Made by a program: the position numbers and the translations under genes. Shown in pieces: positions 30,810 to 43,100 of a DNA stretch of 48,821 nt. Each line of letters opens with the position of its first letter. Position 1 is the first letter of the stretch. The DNA is taken from positions 1 through 48,821 of the forward strand of contig JAADVB010000139.1 of the NCBI GenBank assembly GCA_023334545.1. The letters run 5' to 3'. Source of the DNA: Salisapilia sapeloensis CBS 127946. Taxonomy: Eukaryota; Protista; Oomycota. The notes beneath the pieces were generated by a model. That model did not search any database, was not told the DNA's origin, and saw only the letters and a list, made by a program, of their open reading frames with translations.

Positions 30810-31180
30810 GGAGTAGACTAGGTAGCTTACCAAGAGAAATAAAGATGAAAATAGGGCAGTTGACCTCGGCGAGGTGGTTTGCTCCTGTGCTTTCATTTGT
30901 GATATACAAGTCTATGATGCTTCGGTTCTTAATTACGTCGGGTAGTACGATGAAGGGATAAAGATAATTTTCATAGTAGTGTTCCCATCGATAAGATAGA
31001 AACATATTGAACTTTCTCGTATCTGTACCATACTATTCCGCCTAACGCTAGCAATTGAAACAAAGTTAAAAGATGCACATCTATCGAGTCTACAGCAGCT
31101 ATCATTGCCCAAGTTTCAATATAGCATGCACACTTCATGGTAAAAAGAAAACGAATATATATTGAGTAGTGGCTTTCGAC

Positions 31181-34100
31181 TTAAATGTCAAGTTGAGTAA
31201 GCATCGCTACACCACGTCGAATCCAGTGTTTCTGGCGATGCGAAGGAGCCATCGGGAGACGAATGAACATGACAAAGTTGGTGGAATGACCCGTCGTGGA
31301 CAGCGTTCCTTGTCGGAGCGATGTCTTGTAGACAGGACAAAGGTATACATGAGCTGTACCGTTTGGGTCTGTATCCTCGATCGGCTCAATTTTATCCCGA
31401 CGCTTTGGTAGTAAGTGTATTATTGGCATCGTAGCATGCAACTCTCTTGGATTCGATTCAGTCAAACAATGCTTGCGACTATCCCATCGAGCACCTTCAA
31501 GAAATAGCCCATCAACATAAGCTCCATCTTCTGCTTTCACTGATACATCATGCGACTCTTTCAACACGACCATATCATATCCGACTTGATCGATCGGAAT
31601 TTGATGCTTTCGAGCATAATTCTGTTGCGTACCAGTGATAAACGCCTGAGTGAAGAAGAACCCCGATATCCAGAAGACTGGTGGCGAACTACCTTTGTCG
31701 ATCCAATTCTGAAGAAAAGCAAGGCGAGCGAGGAAGTCGTTCACCCAACTACCTAGTGGTTTCAACGACGGATACGCCATACTACTCCAAAGCGTAGGTA
31801 CTTGTCCATTAAACATGCTATTACCCATAGCTTCCAACTCGGATGAGAGCACGACCAGTCCCTTGAGTGCTCGCTGTATCTCAGACAAAGATCGAGAGAT
31901 GATAGCGATCAGTCGATTAAACCGAATGAGCTCTTGGGTTAGCACCGTATTCATGCTCTCGGAGTAACAGACGGGAAAGTCTAGCTCTGCCTTTTCAATA
32001 TCAAAGAGTGGAGGAATCTTACCAGCTATGTCATGTGCTGCTTCTCCTAAGACTTGGTCCCATGACTTACCACTACCACCTGCACTTCGTGGTTGAAGAG
32101 ATAAAGCAGACTCGAGCAAGAGATTCGTCTCAGCTATCGCACACGAGATGTTTGCATTGTCATGCAGTCCAAAGACCTCTGGGCCTTCATTCATTGGAAG
32201 AGACGCAATGTAATCTAAATATGTACTTAGAGGTCCACTCGTTGGTGCGTAGTAAGTACCCGAGATGGAGAACTTGTAGTCTTCATCAAGAATGTCTGGC
32301 GTATAAAAGTCCGATAGGATATTAATAATACACCTTCGATCTTTATCATCCGTGACTCGACCTCCATAGTTGCATTCACCAGTCAAATAGGCTAAAGCAG
32401 CATACGGTATTGGATCTTGATCATTTAGTTCGTCGAGACATATCTTCAATTGGTCTTTCGAAATGTTCAAGTCGGACGAGGAAAAGACGTATTGGATGTT
32501 CCATCCAAGCGGACCAAACTTGGTTCGTTCACGAACGACAGCATGGAAGAAACAAAGACCAAACAGCATCTTTTTAAAAGCTTCTGGTCGTCGACAATTC
32601 TCAAACCACTCTTCTTCAATCGTTAGATACGAACCTTTCAAGTTCGCGCGCATCCCCTTCGGTGGTTCATTCGTCATTTTCACACCATTTTGCAAGATGA
32701 AGGAAGGAAAAGCTCTTGTTGGCTCACTCGTAAGCCACAAACGGAAGCTCGCGTGAACACGATCGGGTGTTATCTCTTCACATATCTTTTCTAGACGAGG
32801 TAGCCAACTCACGGACAAGTGGCAGTTCTGAAGACATACCCATGTGCCATTATCAATCGCTTCAGCAATTGCATTCTCAGCTAAAGGTCCTTGTCCCTGG
32901 CCTAGTGAGATAGCTACAAACTTCTTATTAAAGCCGAGCTCAGCCGCTAGCTTGAGTAACTCAGACATAGGGTCAGCTCCTGGCGTTAGAACGAAGATGA
33001 GTGGCGTTGCGCAGTTCGAGTCGTCGTATCCGGCCTTTAGATCGAACGGCTGAGGTTCAATAAAGCGTTGGCCCATTTCCGCGGCGACGAAGGACATGAC
33101 GGACGGAATGACTTTATCCGGTCGGATGCACCGGAGGACAATGAGCTGCTGGAAACGATCGAGAACAGAGATACTAGAGAAGTTTTGCATCATATCTGCC
33201 GGATCCGACGCGTTGTAGCACGTCTCCCATATTGAAATATCCTTTTCAAACTGAGAGCTAAAGCCTAGGAATGTAGCCAAGGCATCAAGTCCGAGGACAT
33301 TGGCCCATGTCTTATCATTTAACCACGCATCTGTATCATTCGGACGTGGCTTGGACAATTCCATTTGTGTACTACCAGTGAAAAAGTAACGTAGATCACC
33401 TGGATCAATCTTTCCTTCCCCTACAAGTACTTTGACTGTCAAGAGGAAAGCAAATAGAAGCTTATCCTTTTCAAAGAGTGATCTACAGACATTTTGATAC
33501 AGCACGAAAGTAAATGTGTCATTTAGGTTGGTAAGACGTTGTGCCAGTGTGGATGCCTTCTCCGCTCTCCCGACAGCAAAGACGAATAGATTGATAAACC
33601 AGTCGAGAGCATATTGGTACATGGGATCTATAACCGACAAATCTGCAATGCAGAAGAAGAGCTGTGACGATCGGAAGGCAACGGGCGTATACCCTTGCCT
33701 CTTATCTGCTATCATCTGCTGTGTAATCGCTGCTTCACGTACTTTTTCTTCAATCTTCGTCGCAGTCACTTTGGACGCACCCAAGGTATCGATCAATGTT
33801 TCATCGTCTAAAATATTCCCCTCTGCTGTCTGCAAGAGGTAGAGGATCTTATCTTCAATCTCCTTAAGTGTCTTCTTATTCGCTGCATCCTCTAGTACTA
33901 ACTTTTCTCGCTGCTGCTCTAACACCGGTTCTTCTTTCGCGACGACGATTCCAAGCATTTGGTCCTGCAGTCCTTCTTCCGTCGCCATAAAGTTCAAGAG
34001 ATTCACTTTGACACACGTCTCTGGCGGGTAATGTGGATTTCGCATCTTGGTCGTTAGATACAGTCGGAAGTTGATATCATACTCGATCGTGTTGTCACCT

Positions 34101-37100
34101 AGTCGTATCGTCGCCACACCCCCCGTCTTGACAACTTGCTTCAGTAAGATTGGCTCTAGGATTGGATCTAACTCCTCTGGAATATTTTCAATCAAAACCG
34201 CTGCACCGATCATGATACTATTCTCTAGTGTGCGCACGAAGCCTGTTTGCGACTGCTTAATCACCTTGAGGTTATTCCCTTCCTCCATGTTTTTCACCCA
34301 TCGATTCGCTTGTCCTTGTGGATCAATCATAAGTGGCCATCGATTACTATATTGCAACATGATCGCATTATCAATCGAAAATGAATCATTCGGTAGCTTT
34401 GCAATCGTCCATTCTCGAATCTTCACGGCATCACCTAGCGTTGTCGTAAGTGTAAAAGGATCAGAACAAGTGATATGTTTCTTATGTAGCTCTTCACTCC
34501 AATGTGTAATCGCTCGATCACGATAGGCACTTGTAAAAGCACCGAGGTAAGCTATAACACCAGACGAGAGCATAATGTCGCCAACGACATTGTCATATAT
34601 CACTTGTAACTGTCCAGACATTTCACTCCATCTCGCTTTTTCACCTCCTAATCCACCGATCAATTGTGTCGCACGAACTAATTTCTTGGAGCAATCTTCG
34701 ACTTGGAACTCTAAATCCGATTTCTTCTGATAAGCAGCAGCTAGATCGGCTTCGAGCTGTGCAACTTTGTCTAAAACAACTTGTAAAGCATCTTGCTTTG
34801 TTTTTAATTCCGTCTGAGCTTTCTCTAAAGCTGCCGTTGCTTCCTTTAATGCAATACGTTTCGGAGCAACGACTTTCGCTACACGATCATAGACGACCAT
34901 CGCATGTACCCAACTACATAAGCCAGATGCCGCGACGGATGCCTTTCGGATCTTTTCAGCAGAAAAGTCTGGGTTCGCGGCGTACGGAATGACTTTTTCC
35001 ATCGCTTGCGGCGGAATATTATCTTTATCATAATCAAGCAAATTCTGAAGGAAACGTGTATCGTTGAGCAATGTCTTTTGTGCTGGTCCCCAGTAGTCAT
35101 CCACTTTCTTCGGACCACCGTTGGGATCTTTGATCTTGACAGGAGGCACTTTCATCATGATACAAACCGCTTCCATTACTAGTTTGACACCATCTGGAGG
35201 CTTCTTCATCGCCTTAATCTCCGTGATATCACCCTTTGTTAATGTCTGCAACGCACGAACAGCATTCTCTAGAGCTGGAATCGCTTCAGCAAGTTCTGCT
35301 TCACAACTTTCTTTTATACCATTCGCTTCTGCAGCTTGTTCATTACACAGTTGCTCTTCTTTCTGTACAACAGCTTTTGTTTCATTCGCATCTTTCTGTT
35401 CCTTCGAGATAGTTTCCAGTAGCGCATCCGTTTCAATAGTCGCAATCTTTAGTTGTGGTTGTAAAGCCTCTAGTTCCACTTGCATCTTTTCTACTTGATC
35501 AGCAGTCTCCATGAGTTTCGTTAGCCCATTATCATATCGAGTCTTCATCGTCATCACTTCGACACGTTTGTTATTCAAGAGTTTCTTAAACGTATTAATC
35601 AATTCCAAGTACGATGTCGGTGTGACATAGTAGTGACGACGAAGTGAATCTAAAAAGTCTTGCGTCAATTCACTCACGCGCTCTTGCATATCGACACAAA
35701 CGTCGACAAGTCCATCTTTAATCGTCGACGGCAAGTCTACATCGACAAGAAAGTGGTCTGCAACGGATCGAAGCGCTTCTTCCGGCCATTCCGTAAACCA
35801 ATCGATCGTACAACAATTCACGAGTGACGGAAACATACGTAGACGTCGACGGAAAGCATCTCCTATAGGAGATAGCGCCAAGACAATGTGCAAATTTGTT
35901 CGACAGCGACTGACAAAGAACGAGTAGACTTCAGCATTGTTACCAGTGTTGACACCAGAGGCAGAAGCAGAAGCTTCTAGCGCCTCATTCACTTGCATCA
36001 GCTCTTCATTCGTCCATAAGTTGGCGACTTCACCTGTATTCAAGATACCATTAATATCCTCCAAATAAGCTTCTTCTACGATCTGCGTATCCGAGAACAA
36101 GAAGACTGTCGGTTGATTCTTTACACCAGCGAGTTGCAACACTTTCTTTAGATCATTACGCCAGTCCGCTCGAGAATACGACTTGGAGATCTCGATCTGG
36201 AACAATGTATAGTCAGCCATGAAGACCGCAAGTGTCGTGAGACTCTTGCGGCCACTACCACCAACACCGACAAGGAGTGCATTCCCATACGGTTGATGGA
36301 TCACACGTGAAATACGTGCAACGTGTTCAATCGCATTTTGGAAGAGAACGAGACCCATTGGTGCAGAGCTGACATTATTATAATCTTCTAGATACTCACT
36401 CATCGATGCTTCTAACACCTTTCGATCTCGTAGTTCATTATATCCTTTCTTGGATGCTTTTGCATCACCAAAGTTACCATAGATAAGCGTCGCATGTGGA
36501 CCTTGGACATTCTTGGCATAATCCGTTTCAAAGTGTGTCTGGACGACTTGTGCTAATGTGTTTGCAAACCATACTCGATCCTTTTCATCGATCAATCGAT
36601 CCGAAAACACACGTAGACATTCGTGACTCCACAAGCGAATAAAATCATTTGGCTCTTCTAGAGCGTCTGTGGAAACTTGGGACATCCCTTGGAATACCTT
36701 AGACAGATCTCGAAGATTAAATGTATAATGTGACTTGGCTGGTGTCGGTAATAACGAAGCTGAGATGGTGTTATACACGTCGATCGTAGCATCGACGATA
36801 GCTCCACCGAGTTGTTTGACACCACCAGGGAAGTTGAGAAGAAACCATTCCGAGATCTTACCGAAGATGGTACTTAGAGAATCACTGTCGAATGGGACAA
36901 AGTTAATCAGATTAAAGTATCGAATGTAGCGCTGAGTAATCTTTGTTCGACCCCCACCAGGAGGACCCATGGCACTGATGAATTGAATGTCAACGAGCTG
37001 AGTGAACGAGTTGTCTTTCCGATTGTACCATCCACCATGTCCCATCCACTGTCGAAGTATCTCGATCGGAGGTTGTGCTCCATATGTCTCTTTCGCAGGC

Positions 37101-40100
37101 ATATTCAAGTCATCTACAAAGATCATACAATGCACTCCAAGCGGAGGTCCAAGTACTCCTTTCCGACGTTTATCAAGTTTCGATTCAATGATATCTTGTG
37201 TCTGATTCGCACTCGTTTGAGCAGAAAAGTTAAGGAAGATGGACGAGTACGTTTCATCCATCCCTGAGATCATCTTTTTCTTAATAGAAACAGACTTACC
37301 TGTACCTGTTTCTCCAGTACACATGACGTGATACTGATGACGCATGAGTGTATCTAAGATCCAAGCATTTCGCTCCGTGTCGATCGTAGGAACTAAAATG
37401 AGAGCAAATTGGGCATCACGAGGGATACTGAAGACACCACTGTTCTCCATCCAAGGAAGCCATGCACCTCTCTTGGCATCGAATTGATAATCATACACTA
37501 GTCCTTCATCAGGAAATGGAAGAAGAGATGGTCTACTTGCTTCTCGATATCCTGGATGCTTGGAAGCGAACTCGGCAAAGTAAGTGCTAGAGCCGTCCAT
37601 GTCGGCTACATCTCCCGACAGAAAGTCACGAAGGTATTGATCAAATAGTAGGCGAGACTTTGCATCGACACAAGCGCCAATGGACCATATAAGCGCCTTG
37701 ATGAGAAGACACTCGATTACTCGATCGATGTCCGAGGCTAATCCGTCGGGACTATCTAGCATACACTCGAACAAACGAAGCAAAGACGCGATATGCTCGA
37801 GGAACGTGACTGTAGTCGGAACGACACAACTCTTGTCGACGAAGTACAGCATGGGAGGTACGAGCCATTGCAATGTCTCTTGTATAAAAGTACCTTTATC
37901 AGCATGGACGGAAGGAAGCTTTGTCTTTATCCACGTACGCACAAGTACTTCCCATCCGAGATTCTTTGGTTCTAGGAAGACCATACCAACTCTCGAGACA
38001 GTCGCAGGGGAAGCTTCTTCTAGATCCTCCGTCTCAAACATCATTCGCATTCGATCGGTCATCTTGACAATCTCGCCACTCATGAGACATAGCTTCTTGT
38101 TATCATCGAGCACAGTATTCATATTCTCAATCCAGACAGCATCCACTGGTCCGTCGAACATGACCCATTGCAAGTCCTCACTAGTGTCTCTCGCACACTC
38201 TCGATAGGTGCATGCAAGGACACCGTCCGACCATTCGTGTGTATTTTCATCAAAGTTACCATAAAGCTGTCCACTTGTAATCGACTTTGGATTCATCGTA
38301 TGAATGTTCACTCGATGCTGGAAAGCACCTTGACTTTCTTCATGGCATGCAGTCATAGCTGTCGCAAGTGCGTGCACGATACACGTCTTACCACATCCCG
38401 TTTGTCCGACGATCATCAAGCCATGCCGAACTTGCACTGTTTCATAGAACTGAATGACTTTCATCTTAAACTCAGGTTTACATTCTAGAGGAATCGAAAT
38501 GTCCGGGATGATACATACACCACGTTCACAGACAGTATCAATCATCGGTAGTAAAGCTCCATGATCCGGATTTGGCAAGTTTGCTTCTGGAAATAGATCC
38601 GACGTAATGCCTTTAAATAGAGGTAAATCGTCTGTCGTGAACTTTGGCAAGTTGACGTCTTGTACAGACCGTAGAACAATCTTATCTTCGGACCAGAAAG
38701 GATCACTACCTAGTTGTTGACGTAGTTTACCTGCCGCTACTAGAATCGAATTTACTGCTCGCATGCCATAGTCATAGTGTTTTTGAGATGAAAGTTGCTC
38801 GGACGAGAGCTGAAGCACTTGCGTCAGCTTGCGTGCATTGCTTCGAGCGTCCGAGAAGCCGAACGAGTACAGTCGGATCTCGGCTATAAGCGCATAGTCC
38901 GGAACCATCATCGCACATGGACGGAAGAGTGCTTTGAGATTATCTGGAAGTTCCGCACGACCAGCGTAGCCAGGGTTCATCGTGATAAAGACATTCGCAC
39001 TAGCATTCAGCTTGATGAACGTACCTTCGAACATGAATTTATCTACATTCGCTTTCTTGCCTTCATTTATCGTAAGAATCTGTTGCGCAATGACCGACAG
39101 TACTTCAATATTAATCCGGTTGAACTCATCAAAGCAACACCAGGATCCACATCCCGCGAGGCCTTTAAAGAACTTTGCCATTGCCAAGTAATCTAGACCA
39201 TCGGAGCAATTGAAGACGACGCACTGGATCGCAATGGCTTTGGATAAATCCTTTACAGTCTCTGTCTTTCCTGTTCCTGCTGGTCCTTCCGGAGCACCAC
39301 CATAGAGAAGGTCGATAGCCCCCATCATCGTACGGTAGCATCGGTCCGTAAGAGGTGTAATTACCAGACGCATAGTATTTCCTAGGTACTCATATCCGTA
39401 CTTCACTCGAGCGTTGACGATACGTGCTTGGAGATCGAATGTCCCAGGCTTCTTTGCACCGTCAATCCAGTAGTAACGTAGCTGTGAGACCCATTCAAAG
39501 TCCTGATCGTTCTCCACACCTCGTTCAATCATCTGTGCAATCGTATCTCGAGCATGTACATCGATAACAATCAACGCACCAATCGTCGTGCGCTCTAACT
39601 TGGACAAATTACCACGCACGAGGATGACAACGCTTTCTAACTGCGTGTTTAAGACCTGCAAGTACTCTTTCAATCCTGCATTTCCGCCGTCGTTCATGGC
39701 TTTCGTCACGTCTTGTGTCCAATAGACTTGAGAAGCAGCTAGTACGACTTGTGCAGGCCACTTTAGAATCCATTCTTCCCTCGTTTCCACCGGGTACGTC
39801 GCGATCGCACGTTCTGTATGATCGCGAATGCTATCCCATTGATTATGCTCAACCTCTAGTAACCACATCTCGACATTTCCTTTATTCTTCGTACTCTCAG
39901 GATCGACCGTAACACGCAATGGGACGACTTCACCTTCGGCAGAGATCATCTCGGTGATCACGAGTGATTCGGTAAATGTAACACGGTTCACACCTTCGAA
40001 ACACTTGCCTAGATGGGGCTGTACTGCCTTTGGTTCCTTCGTCTGAGACAGAATCTCCAATAATTCGTCATTTGATAGGAAGAAGAAGCGAGGAAAATAG

Positions 40101-43100
40101 AGACGTTTCATCTCTAAATAGTCATTCAATCCCTTTTGAATCTCATCCAGTTTCTCATTCGCTTTCTGAAACTTTTGCAAGAGCTTATCGATTGTCATGA
40201 CAGTCATGAACGTCGGATCATTCACCGTGTCTTCCATCGTCTTGCGCCAGAGAGCATCGACACTAGCAAAGCGTCTAGCTTCCGTCGGCATCTGACGCAT
40301 AATATCATCCGAACTAAAGATTGCTTCGAGATACAACCACGTACGTTGGCAATTCATCCACTCATCTAGTAATTGTTGTGAGTATTGTAGTTTCTTCTCC
40401 CATGCTTTACAATCTTTCTCGATCGGTTTAATATAAGGTGACCCACGCATCGTCTGTGTCTTGACAAGATGGTCATCTAACAGTGCTACGATGTCGTCTG
40501 TACTTCTCACGAGATACGTTCCTGTTTCACGATACGGAGCACAATCGAATTCTACTTTTTCCCACTCGGCTATCATGGCACCTAAATTCTTTTGTAAAGC
40601 ATACTCTTTCTCGGCAAACACCCCGACTTCCTGTACTGCATCCAAGTGCTCGAGTATGTCTTTATCAAGCAACATCTGGAGCGTCAACTCTTCTTCAGCT
40701 TCATCAAAACCGATTTTATGACGAAGCGAGTCCCAATGGCGATCTTGTAATGCTGGACTGGCCAACGACTGAATGACTGGCAAGTACGCTTTGAACTCAT
40801 CTGTGCGTTCACGAAGTGTCAGAGCTACTTCTGCAGATCCAGGTGCTTCATCCGTGAGTGACTTGCTCAATTTATAGGACGATTTCCACCACTCAGTTAC
40901 TTGCTGTTCAATTTCACTACCATTAAGTTCGAGGAAGGAACCGTCTAGCCATGCTTGTCGACTCTGTTTGAATTCAGAGCACATGGTCCAGAGTTTATAG
41001 TACGGTTGGAAATTTGCATCGAGCTTATCTAGTATCGAATATTCCGTCGGTGGGAAGCCAAAGACCGCTTCTCGCGCATTAAAGTCCTCTCCTTTTGCTT
41101 TTGCTTCTTGAATCGAATCATATAACGTGATAGCCATCTCGACATATTTATCCGTCTGGTCGATTTCACCATATAATTTAAACGCTTGGACTTCACTTTC
41201 AAAGCGTTCTAAATCGACTTCAAACTCTTCTTTCTCTAATGCTAATTTATCCATCATCCGGACTTTATCTTCTTCTAATGCCGAATCACAACTTTCAGCA
41301 GCTCGAGTGACTTTCAACGGCCATTCTTTCGTTGAATAAGCTAATTGGAAATCATCTGTCGATAACTTGTACTCGAACGCTTCGAGTACACTTAGTTGTG
41401 CATGACATGCATCGACTTTATCTATTAGCTCGGTCACTACACTTCGACTTTCATTCACAAATTGTTTTAACTTTGCGAGCTCTGCTTCATTCTTCGGTTT
41501 TTCATTGATACGTTTTAATATTGCTTGATATCGCCTCGTGATGTCCATATTCCGTTCACGAACATCCGTCACGATGCTATCTACAAGTTCATTACGAATA
41601 GCTGTAGCCTGATCTTTTAGTTGCTGCTTCAGTCCAGATGTGTCAACGCACACAAGAGGTAGAGCTTCTTCATCAAAAGCAACTTGATCGATCTGCCCGA
41701 TGAGTGAGTGGAACCATCGGATCTTATCACAAATCTTTTCGAATCGATCCTCTTCTTCGTTAATTTCGATTAGAAATGCATTTGGATCGAAGGCAACGTG
41801 TTCGACGTACTCGACGAATCTATTCGCAATTGTTTGTGCATCCGTCATGGCATGATGAATACACTCTTCAATTCTAGTTTTTGCATCTTCAATCATATCT
41901 AATGTTGATGATATGACGTCAAAGTCCCCTTCGAAATCCAGTAATTTTCTCTGTTCAAGAGGCAAGAGAGATAAGATATCACCATCAATGCACTCAATCT
42001 CTTGTATCGAGGCAACCATTGCTTCCAAAGGTTCGACCATTACTTCTTTAATGGCATCGGTAGACGGTTCAACGCAAACGTTTTTCTTTCCTATTCTTAA
42101 CTCGACTTGAAAAAGTGATTGACTAGGTGATCTAAGCTCTTCGACCTTTCCTTTAAACGTATTCGCTTTAGTAAAATCGACCCACAAGGACGTTGATTTT
42201 ACGACGATATGACGTAATTGAGCAGATAAACGCACTTCAATACTCGTGACAATACGTCGCAGTCTACTAGCCAGATACTCTTCCATGTCAGAAATGAAAA
42301 AGTTAAAGTGATCTTGAAGATTGTCAATGACACTCTCCGACACCGCTCGTCTCCAATCCGTCAATAACACTTGCGCGACTTTATTCTGATGACTCGTCTG
42401 CAAAGCCCGAAAGTTTGTGATCCGCAGTGGTGTCTCAATTGCCTGGCTATTTAACTCTACTTGCATGAAACAAAGCGATTGGAAACTCTTCTCCCATTCC
42501 GCATAGATGCGTCGTAAGATTGCTAGTAAGGGTTGAATACTCGTGTAATGACTCAACGCAACGTTCTTCCGATGACGCTCGTATGCATGATACGGAACAA
42601 ATACTTTGCCAGACGCTGGTACGACAGTCTCTTGCTGCGGTAAAATGATACTCGTCATTTGAGAAGACGTGCACTTGGCATCCTGAGACCTGATTTGATC
42701 GTATAACTTGGCTTTCTTCATACTGCGCATATAGTCTTGGATCACGACGTCCGTCAGTGCTCGCAACGTCAATGCGGCAGGTTGTCCTTCCGTTAGAGGA
42801 AACTGGTTTGATAATCCATTCACGACTTGCTGATGAATACGTTCGAGCATCATTCGACTCATCGGACGAAGTTCCGTAGTAGGTTGTTTACTTAAAAAGT
42901 GATCAAAGCGCAATTGACGCTTCGTTTCCTCTCGTCTTTGTGTCGCAACTTGAATGCGCTCTTGGAAAGCAACAGGATCTTCGGTATCAAATTGAAGATT
43001 GATACGTCGCACGTGCTTCTGCCGATTTGAACCTTGGAACTCGACAAGAAACTTTTGAGTATCTTCATCGTAGCTAAGGATTTTGCATGGTCTCCAACGC